Origin: Treponemataceae bacterium
Lineage (GTDB): Bacteria; Spirochaetota; Spirochaetia; Treponematales; Rectinemataceae
Direction: 5' to 3'
NCBI GenBank assembly: GCA_963678065.2
Contig: CAXXVZ010000002.1
Location: 352,001 to 416,000, forward strand
DNA: 64,000 nucleotides
This document shows, one piece after another, positions 8,145 to 15,960 of the stretch. Numbering within the stretch: the stretch's first letter is position 1; each line of letters opens with the position of its first letter. The translations under genes and the position numbers were made by a program. Under the pieces are notes generated by a model that was not told the DNA's origin, ran no database searches, and saw only the letters and a list, made by a program, of their open reading frames with translations.

Positions 8145-10688
8145 TCAGCCGCCCACAGTAAAGTAGAAGGTCGCGCCCGCGCCTGGAGCGGCTTCGGGCC
8201 AGATCCGGCCGCCATGTCGTGTCACGATCCGGTGCACGGTGACAAGCCCTATCCCCGTCCCCGGGAATTCCGCCGTGCCGTGCAGGCGCTGGAATGGCGT
8301 GAACAGTCTGTCTGCATAGGCCATGTCGAAGCCGACGCCGTTGTCCCTCACGAAAAACACGGTCTCATGCGGCAACCCGGTCGTCACGCCGCCACGTTGC
8401 TGTCCCGCGTGATCGAAGGCCGGCTCGAGGCCGGTGGGCGCACGCGCGAGGCCGACTTCGATCACGGCGCCCTCTTGTTTGCCAGAGTATTTCCACGCAT
8501 TCCCGAGCAGGTTTTCCATCATGATCTCGAGAAGTTGCGGATCGCCCTCCGCCATCAGACCGGAAGCGATGTCGAAATGAACATTCCGTTCCGGATGCTC
8601 GGCGCGCAGGTCCCCGGCGATCTTCCGCGCGAGTGAACTCAGGTCCACAGAGGCGCGTGTCAGAGTTACCCGCGTCACGCGCGAAAGGCCGAGCAGATCG
8701 TTGATGAGCTGTCCCATCCTCTGCGTCGAATCCATGATCCGGTCAAGGTAGTGCTTCCCCTGTTCGTCGAGGACGGATGAGTAAGCTCGGGCGAGGGCGG
8801 AGGCGAAGCCGTTCATGATGCGCAGAGGCGAGCGCAAGTCGTGCGAAACCGAGTAGGAGAAGGCTTCCAGCTCCTTGTTGGCCGCCTCGAGCTGGGCGGT
8901 CCGGTCCCGCACCCGCTCTTCGAGCCCGGCGTTCAGTTTCTTTATCTCCCTCTCCGCAGCTTTCTGATCCTCGATCAGGCTGAGCAGGACCAGGCGGGAC
9001 CGATCGGCCTCTTCGAGAAGGCGGCGCAATTCGGCGTGCGCTTCGACGAGCTTCTGTTCCGCTACCTTTCGCTCGGTGATATTGATGGACAGTGCAAGGA
9101 CCTGCTCCACGATCCCGTCGGGTCCGTAGAGGGGAGCTGCCTGGATGAGGAAGGTCTCGCCCTTGTAGCCGCTCTCATAGCGGACGGATTCACCGGCAAG
9201 AACACGCCTGTACTGGCCGGCGACGAAATCCGCCGTGCCGGGGTCGAGGGTGTCGTATATACTCTTTCCGACGCGTGTCTCCTCGCCGGAATCGAAGACA
9301 AAGCGAAAATCCCTGTCCATGATGTGGATGATGCCGAGGGGAAGATTGTGCACGATGACCTTGTACCGCTCTTCGCTGCGGCGGAGAGCTTCCTCGACGG
9401 ATTTGATGCGAGTGATGTCGACGTGGCATCCGAGAAGGCGGAGAGCCGCACCGTCGGGGCCGATCAGAGTCTTGCCGCGGCCGAGTATCCAGCGCCAGGA
9501 ACCGTCCCTGTGGCGGAGCCTGTACTCGATTTCGTATTTGTCTTTCCGGCCTTCGACGCATTCCGCGGAGGCTTTCAGGGTCGCGTCCTTGTCTTCAGGA
9601 TGGATGCTCTGGTCCCAGAAGGTGTTTTCGGGCGGCATTTCTCCGGGTTCGTATCCGAGCTGGCGCTCGTATTCGGGCGAGCGGAGGACGAGGCCCGTCG
9701 CGATGTCGTAATCGTAAAAACCGATGTTCGAGGCCGCGATCGCCAATCCCAGTCTCTCCCTGTTCTCTTCGAGCTCGCGGCCCTGGGCCACGACCTTCCG
9801 GGACAACGCGCTCTGGCGCATGAACACGCGATATGCGGCGAAGCCCAGGATGGCCGAAACGAGAAATCCGGAAAGAGAATAGAGAACAAGCCTGGAACGT
9901 ATCGGCCGGAGCCACCCTTCGACGGGCGCTCCCGACAATATCCAGGTTTTTCCGGGCAACGCGATCCGGTACAGAACCGGATCTCCGGAACTCACTGCGG
10001 CTTCTCCGGCGAAAACACGCCCCTTCGAATCGGAAATCGAAAAGCGGAGGTCAGGGAAACCCATTCCAAGTCCCGGGATGGAGAGCAGCCCATCGAGGTC
10101 GAGAACGACCACTGCCATCCCCCACAATCCGCCGTTTCGGTAGATGGCAAGCCGAAAAACCGCGCCCCTCCCTCCCTGACGCAACTCATAGGGATCGCTC
10201 AGGTAGGGTTTCTTGCTCTCGAGAGTCCGTGCGAGGTCCTCTTTCACTTCGGGGCGATCATCCGCAAGCAGGGTCTTAAACGAGCGAGACATCACGGCTT
10301 CGTTGCCTTGCGCCGGACAGACGAGTTCGGGGCCGAGAGGGGGAAAAACCTGGAGAGCTCTCACGACGGGATCATTGGCGTGCATGGCCTCCGCATACGT
10401 GGTAAATTCATGGTGCAGCGAATTCTGATCCGGATGAAGGGCGGTGATCGCGGCCAATCCCGTCAACAGTGATTCTCTCCGGTTGACCGCGTTCGTCAGG
10501 GAAAGGCCTATGATGCTGAGCTTCTGCTGAACGATCGTCCTGCTCTCTTTCAGCATGAGTCGTCCCCGGGAGATTGTGGCGATGACCGAGATGGCGAGAA
10601 CGAGAACGAAAACCACGGCCCCCGCGGCGAGAGGCGTACGGGATTTCAGACCGGCGCCCGGTTTCTCCGACGCGTCGCGGTCAGTCAT
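8145..10688 (-). CDS. CHASE-PAS sensor histidine kinase
   Basis: TM-CHASE (PYELRQGG)-TM, PAS/PAC (IHPED, EYRLRHRDGSWRW, DITR), second PAS, SHDLRSPLR, HATPase. Confidence 0.92.
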   Translation of the reverse strand: MTDRDASEKPGAGLKSRTPLAAGAVVFVLVLAISVIATISRGRLMLKESRTIVQQKLSIIGLSLTNAVNRRESLLTGLAAITALHPDQNSLHHEFTTYAEAMHANDPVVRALQVFPPLGPELVCPAQGNEAVMSRSFKTLLADDRPEVKEDLARTLESKKPYLSDPYELRQGGRGAVFRLAIYRNGGLWGMAVVVLDLDGLLSIPGLGMGFPDLRFSISDSKGRVFAGEAAVSSGDPVLYRIALPGKTWILSGAPVEGWLRPIRSRLVLYSLSGFLVSAILGFAAYRVFMRQSALSRKVVAQGRELEENRERLGLAIAASNIGFYDYDIATGLVLRSPEYERQLGYEPGEMPPENTFWDQSIHPEDKDATLKASAECVEGRKDKYEIEYRLRHRDGSWRWILGRGKTLIGPDGAALRLLGCHVDITRIKSVEEALRRSEERYKVIVHNLPLGIIHIMDRDFRFVFDSGEETRVGKSIYDTLDPGTADFVAGQYRRVLAGESVRYESGYKGETFLIQAAPLYGPDGIVEQVLALSINITERKVAEQKLVEAHAELRRLLEEADRSRLVLLSLIEDQKAAEREIKKLNAGLEERVRDRTAQLEAANKELEAFSYSVSHDLRSPLRIMNGFASALARAYSSVLDEQGKHYLDRIMDSTQRMGQLINDLLGLSRVTRVTLTRASVDLSSLARKIAGDLRAEHPERNVHFDIASGLMAEGDPQLLEIMMENLLGNAWKYSGKQEGAVIEVGLARAPTGLEPAFDHAGQQRGGVTTGLPHETVFFVRDNGVGFDMAYADRLFTPFQRLHGTAEFPGTGIGLVTVHRIVTRHGGRIWPEAAPGAGATFYFTVGG

Positions 10689-12019
10689 GTCTCGTTTCCC
10701 GCGGGCGTCGTGGCTGTTTCATATCTGACCTTCTGCTTCGACGCCTCCAGAAGGGCGTTGACCTCCCCTTTCAGCTCCAGAATCCTGCTTTCCCTCCCGA
10801 GCGTCACCGCCTGCCATCGCTTGAGCTCTTCGAGCTGGCTTTCCATCCTCTTCTGGAATTCCCTCCGTTCGGTGATGTCGAAGCAGTAGCCGATGTAGCC
10901 GCGGAAATCGCCCTGCGTCCCCGTCATGGGCCTCCCGATATCGAGGATCCAGCGGTACTCCCCCGCGGCGTTCCTGAGCCTGTATTCCATCTCGAAGCGT
11001 CCGCGCGCATGGAATGCGTCGAGATAGGTGTGCACGCAGCGGTCCAGGTCATCGCGATGCACTCCCTCGGTCCAGCCCTCGCCCGACTCCTCCTCCATGG
11101 TCCGCCCCGTGAACTCGAGCCAGGCGGAGTTGAACCAGTCGCACTTCGCGTCGATCCCCGCGCGCCAGATCAGGGCAGGCGCGTACTTGAGGACCTGGAG
11201 GTAGAAATCGCGCGCTTCCTGCAATACGCGGTTCGCCTCCTTCCTCTCGGTGATGTCGCGGATAATGACGCAGGTGAACACTTCTCCCCTGTACGAATAG
11301 GTCGAGATGTTCATCTCCGCGTCGAAGCGGGAGCCATCCTTCCTCAATCCGATGGATTCGTGCCGGGAAGGGACGGCCTCGCCCCCCAATCGTCTGTCGG
11401 TGTAATCCAGGAGAACCGGGTGGGCCTCGGGCGCGTGCAGCTCCAGGATGGGGCGCCCGACGAGCTCGGCCAGGTCGGCATACCCGAAAAGCCTGACGTA
11501 GGCCTGGTTCATGTACAGGAGTATGCCGGCTCTGGAAACGCCGATCGCGTCGGCCGATGCGTCGAATACCGCCTTGAACTTCAGCTCGCTTTCGTTCAGG
11601 GCCTCTTCCGCCCGCTTGATCCGCGCGAAGGCGTTGATCCGCGCGAGCAGTTCCCTGTCGGGCAGGGGGCGGATGATGTAGCCGTCAGCCCCGCTCTCGA
11701 GGCCCTCCGCCAGATCCCCGGAGCCCGGCGTACAGTTCGACATGAGGATGACGAGACAATCCGCCGTGGCGGGGTCATCCTTTATTTCCGCACATACAGC
11801 GCGTCCGTCGCCGTCGGACAAGGTCGCGGCGAGGAGGACTATGTCGGGGTTTTCGCCGCGGACCATGGCGAGTCCCGGAACCGCCCCCGCGGCCCCGAGA
11901 ACCTTGAATCCGGCCGATTCGAGAAGACGCGTCGTGGCCGCGAGGATTTCCGGGCTATCGTCCACGACGAGAATTTTGGTCTGCTGAAAAGCCGTCGCGC
12001 CAATTCCGGACTCGATCAT
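10685..12019 (-). CDS. Receiver-like-PAS-PAS protein with C-terminal coiled coil and no recognisable output domain
   Basis: VDDS receiver start, two PAS/PAC domains ending in DITER, short helical tail; the phosphoacceptor Asp position appears to be Ala. Confidence 0.85.
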   Translation of the reverse strand: MIESGIGATAFQQTKILVVDDSPEILAATTRLLESAGFKVLGAAGAVPGLAMVRGENPDIVLLAATLSDGDGRAVCAEIKDDPATADCLVILMSNCTPGSGDLAEGLESGADGYIIRPLPDRELLARINAFARIKRAEEALNESELKFKAVFDASADAIGVSRAGILLYMNQAYVRLFGYADLAELVGRPILELHAPEAHPVLLDYTDRRLGGEAVPSRHESIGLRKDGSRFDAEMNISTYSYRGEVFTCVIIRDITERKEANRVLQEARDFYLQVLKYAPALIWRAGIDAKCDWFNSAWLEFTGRTMEEESGEGWTEGVHRDDLDRCVHTYLDAFHARGRFEMEYRLRNAAGEYRWILDIGRPMTGTQGDFRGYIGYCFDITERREFQKRMESQLEELKRWQAVTLGRESRILELKGEVNALLEASKQKVRYETATTPAGNET

Positions 12020-12303
12020 TTCTGAGACCTCCCCGGCATCGCTCTATCGCGATCCGCCTCAGTCATCTGGGGAAATTCAGGATCCGGCAACGCAGAGCAG
12101 GCGAAATGAGTGGGAACGACGTCGGCGCAGATTACGGCGAAGTCGCTCCCGGATTCAGGCGCCGCCAGAATCCGCTTTTTCAGTGTAATGCATCCAGTGG
12201 GTGGGCGCAATGCAGATGCCGGAATCCGGCGGGAACCGGAGATTTGCGGCCCGGTTCGGGGCGTGGAAGATCGATGACTCTCAGGTGGCTCTCAGAAGGA
12301 AGC

Positions 12304-13332
12304 TCAGAAAAGGTGGAGAAGCGCCGACAATACCGGGACCGTCACGACGAGCAGAGAATTGGAGACGAGCCACAGCCGGTTGGCAAACTCGACATCGAGG
12401 CCGTACAGAGCGGGAGGGACGACCCCGAGAAAGCCTATCGGCATGGAAGACAGAACGAGGACAGTCTTGAGGCCGATGGCGCTCTCTGTCCGCCCGAGCC
12501 CGAGGAGGGCGCCGAGGCAGAGCGCGAAAGCCGGCAGAAGCACCTGCCTCGTCGAGATGAGAAGAGTGACCGTGCGCGGATTTTCGAACAGATTTCCGAT
12601 CTTCATGCGCATGCCGATGGTGAAGAGGACGATCCATGAAGCGAGGGGAATGAGGACCGAGTTGAGCTCCGGATAGAATGGGGGACGCCGGGCGCCAGCG
12701 AGGTTGAGGATGAGGCCCGCGGACACTGAGCCTAAGGAAATCAGGATGAAGGGATCCGTCGCCACCCGCCTGAGGATTTCCCACCGGCTGTCCCTCCGGG
12801 GCGCGGGCGCACTGGTGCCACCTGGCACCGCCCGCCCTGTCTCTGCGGCGCGGACTTTTTCACCGTAGCGCTTCGCCGTCGGGAAGAGCACCGAATAGTA
12901 CCAGGTTTCCTCGAAAAGCTTGTAGAAGGGCACGAGGGCAAACCCCGCCTCGCCCGCTAGGACAAAGATGATGAGCCCTCCGATGCTGCCGATGTTCGTG
13001 AAGGACGAGGAAGGGATGTAGACGCCCGCACGTTCCGGAGGCAGACCAAGCAGCCTGTTTCCCGCGAGACCGAGGAGGGCGCCGAACATCAAGGTCGAGA
13101 GCCCCACCACCGGAAGGGCGAGGAGGCTCGCGTCGGAGAGATCGAGGGCCCAGACAGCGCCGACAAAGGCGATGGGGTTGATGACGAGGAGAGCGAGCCA
13201 CTGGAGCCGCACCCGCAGGGTTTCGGCCCCCTTTCTGAAGAAGGCGAGCGGTCCCGCCAGCAGGCGGTTGAACAGGAATCCAGAGGCAAGACCGGTGGCG
13301 ATCACGGCGAAGGAGAACAGGAATTTGGACAC
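12304..13332 (-). CDS. AEC (auxin efflux carrier/malate permease-like) family transporter
   Basis: About 10 TM helices, FTNIGSIGG and SSMP motifs, central hydrophilic loop; GTG start. Confidence 0.75.
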   Translation of the reverse strand: MSKFLFSFAVIATGLASGFLFNRLLAGPLAFFRKGAETLRVRLQWLALLVINPIAFVGAVWALDLSDASLLALPVVGLSTLMFGALLGLAGNRLLGLPPERAGVYIPSSSFTNIGSIGGLIIFVLAGEAGFALVPFYKLFEETWYYSVLFPTAKRYGEKVRAAETGRAVPGGTSAPAPRRDSRWEILRRVATDPFILISLGSVSAGLILNLAGARRPPFYPELNSVLIPLASWIVLFTIGMRMKIGNLFENPRTVTLLISTRQVLLPAFALCLGALLGLGRTESAIGLKTVLVLSSMPIGFLGVVPPALYGLDVEFANRLWLVSNSLLVVTVPVLSALLHLF

Positions 13333-13347
13333 CTGACCAGCGCCCCG

Positions 13348-14496
13348 TCAGAAGTGCAGGAGGAAGGTCACATCCCAGAAGAATTTCCGTCCGTCGGAAA
13401 AATATGTCAGATACAGCGGGTCGGCCATGGGGATCTTGTATCCCGCCCTCACGCCGAAATACGCGAAATCGAAAAATCCGATATTCGCGCCGGCGCCTGT
13501 GGAGAAAACCAGGCCGGATTTGTCCGAGAGCGCCCCGGCGCGGTCCAGTCTGGTGTACATGCCGCAATCGCCGAAGGCGTAGACCATGGGGCGGATGCTC
13601 GGAACACCGAAGAGGGCGGGGCCGACGGCGCGGATTTCGGCGCTCATGGCCGCCTTGAGGGGTGATTCGTAACCCCAGTTCTGGTAGCCACGGACGGATT
13701 TGCCGATGCCGTCGCGCAGGAGGCGGCCCCCGAAGGTGGTCAGGACATAGAGCGGGATCTTGTTCCCCATGGCATAGTCGGCCGTCGCCATCCACGCCGC
13801 GTAGACGGAAACGTTCCTGCGTTCGTCCGCCTTGGTGAGAGAAACGAGGGGCAGATACCCTTTGGTCTTGATGTTGGCGCGGACGAAATCCGTTCCGCCG
13901 GCGAAGGCGAGGAGGGTCGGCGCGTACTCCACCGAAAGTTCGCCCGAATAGCCGGATTTCATGCGGGCGGCGTCAGTGAAGGTGCTGTCGGCGCCTATTC
14001 CGGCGATGACCGATCCGGCGACGAGCCCGTTCGCGTCGGGGAAGGTTGTCGTTCCGAGCGAGTTCTGGCTGTTTTCATACCGCATGCGTCCCAGCGTAAA
14101 AATTTCCGTCCTGACACCGGACCCGTCCGGTTCCCGGTCGGTGAAGCGGAGAGAAAGACCGGCATCGGCTTCGACATTGGGATACATGAACCAGTGGATG
14201 TTGTCCGGACTGGCGGGCTTCGCTATCGGTGCGCCCGTGACGGCATCCCTCAGTATGAGCCTGTCTTCGTAGCCGGCCGCGCCCCGAAACGTGAAAAACA
14301 GGCCCGTACCCGTAAGAGGAATATTGACAGTCGCGTCGACGCCGAGAGGAAGGGGTATCCCCGGTATGATGGCGCTATTCAGTTTGAGCCCGTTGACGAC
14401 GAAATCGACCCCATCCGCGGCGACAATCGCCGGCACGAGCAGCGACAGCGAGAGGACAAGCATCGCGAACGAACGATACCCCGATTGCCTTTTCAT
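13348..14496 (-). CDS. Outer-membrane beta-barrel protein, Omp85/BamA-barrel-like
   Basis: Signal peptide, alternating amphipathic strands, VRGY motif, C-terminal strand ending in Phe. Confidence 0.65.
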   Translation of the reverse strand: MKRQSGYRSFAMLVLSLSLLVPAIVAADGVDFVVNGLKLNSAIIPGIPLPLGVDATVNIPLTGTGLFFTFRGAAGYEDRLILRDAVTGAPIAKPASPDNIHWFMYPNVEADAGLSLRFTDREPDGSGVRTEIFTLGRMRYENSQNSLGTTTFPDANGLVAGSVIAGIGADSTFTDAARMKSGYSGELSVEYAPTLLAFAGGTDFVRANIKTKGYLPLVSLTKADERRNVSVYAAWMATADYAMGNKIPLYVLTTFGGRLLRDGIGKSVRGYQNWGYESPLKAAMSAEIRAVGPALFGVPSIRPMVYAFGDCGMYTRLDRAGALSDKSGLVFSTGAGANIGFFDFAYFGVRAGYKIPMADPLYLTYFSDGRKFFWDVTFLLHF

Positions 14497-14658
14497 GATG
14501 ACTCCTTCGCCCCGGCGGGACGGATCAGACGGTGACTTGCAAGGCGATGATAATCCATGGGGGAGCCTTCTTCAACCAGCGCCGCCGAGCTTGAACCTCC
14601 TGACCGACCGTCCTATACTTCCCCCATTCCGAATCCAACTATAAACCGGAGGAGTCCA

Positions 14659-15909
14659 ATGAATCCCGATGCGGGCCAGAAACGCGTGCTCGTGCTGAAC
14701 TCAGGCAGTTCTTCGCTGAAATATGAAGTCTTCGCCATGCCGGGACGGGAGAGCCTCGGCCGTGGCTCCGTGGAACGCATAGGGGAAGCCGCGGCCATCC
14801 TCGCCCAGAGTTCGCCCAAAGGAACAGTCCGCATCGAAGAACCCATGCCGGACCACGCCCACGCCATGTCCAGGGTCAAGACCGCGCTCACCGATCCCAA
14901 GTATGGCATTCTGACCGACATCCGCGAGATCGACGCGGTCGGACACCGGGTCGTCCACGGCGGCGAGCAGTTCTCCTCTTCCGTCATCATCGACGCCGCC
15001 GTCCTCGAGGCGATCGAAAAAAACATCGAAATCGCCCCCCTGCACAACCCCGCCAACCTGACAGGCATCCGTGAATCCATGAACATGCTGCCGGGCCTGC
15101 CCAATGTGGCCGTCTTCGACACCGCCTTCCACCAGACCATGCCCTCGTACGCCTACATGTACGGACTGCCGCGCGAACTCTACGACAAATACCGGATCAG
15201 GCGCTACGGCTTCCACGGCACGAGCCACCGCTACGTGGCTAACCGCGCCTACACCATAATGAAACGCAGTCCGGAGAATACCAACCTCATCACCTGCCAC
15301 CTCGGAAACGGCGCATCCATCACGGCCATCGAAAACGGCAAGTCCATCGACACTTCGATGGGCTTCACCCCCCTCGAAGGCCTCATGATGGGCACCCGCT
15401 CGGGCGACATGGATCCAGCCATACTCGGCTTCCTGGAGGAACGCGGCTACAGCGCCAAACAGCTCTCAACCATGATCCAGAAGAAGTCGGGCCTCATCGG
15501 CCTCTCCGGCATCTCCAACGACCTGCGCGACCTCGAGGGAGCCTTCGATCTCGGCAACACCAACGCCATCGAAGCGCTGGAAGTCTACGCCCACCGCGTG
15601 CGCAAGTACATCGGCGCCTACGCCGCCGAGCTCTTCAAGGTCGACGGCATCGTCTTCACGGGAGGAATCGGTCAGCACGGCGTCCGGATGCGCGAACGCA
15701 TCTGCCACCGGCTCGAGAACATCGGCATCGTCATGGATTACAAAAAAAACGAGAGCAACGGCAGCCGCGAAAGCATCGTCTCCACTCCCTACTCGCCGAC
15801 GACCATCATGGTCATCCCGACAAACGAGGAACTCCAGATCGCGATCGACAGCTACGAGCTTCTCGGCGACGAGCCGACGAAAACGCCTTCGCTTGCTCCG
15901 TCGAGGTGA
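14659..15909 (+). CDS. ackA: Acetate kinase
   Basis: NSGSSSLK, GHRVVHGG, APLHNP, FDTAFH, YGFHGTSH, HLGNG, TNEEL motifs; GGAGG RBS. Confidence 0.96.
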   Translation: MNPDAGQKRVLVLNSGSSSLKYEVFAMPGRESLGRGSVERIGEAAAILAQSSPKGTVRIEEPMPDHAHAMSRVKTALTDPKYGILTDIREIDAVGHRVVHGGEQFSSSVIIDAAVLEAIEKNIEIAPLHNPANLTGIRESMNMLPGLPNVAVFDTAFHQTMPSYAYMYGLPRELYDKYRIRRYGFHGTSHRYVANRAYTIMKRSPENTNLITCHLGNGASITAIENGKSIDTSMGFTPLEGLMMGTRSGDMDPAILGFLEERGYSAKQLSTMIQKKSGLIGLSGISNDLRDLEGAFDLGNTNAIEALEVYAHRVRKYIGAYAAELFKVDGIVFTGGIGQHGVRMRERICHRLENIGIVMDYKKNESNGSRESIVSTPYSPTTIMVIPTNEELQIAIDSYELLGDEPTKTPSLAPSR

Positions 15910-15924
15910 CGGATAACTTTCGCC

Positions 15925-15960
15925 TCGGCGAGTGATGCCGGGAGGGCCATCACTCGCCGA
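15925..15960. terminator. Hairpin between the convergent ackA and P-type ATPase genes
   Basis: Perfect 13-bp inverted repeat TCGGCGAGTGATG / CATCACTCGCCGA that overlaps the ATPase stop codon. Confidence 0.6.

Noticed and set aside
12016..12210. 64-aa ORF upstream of the signalling cluster
   Set aside because: No RBS or recognisable motif; more likely promoter or leader sequence
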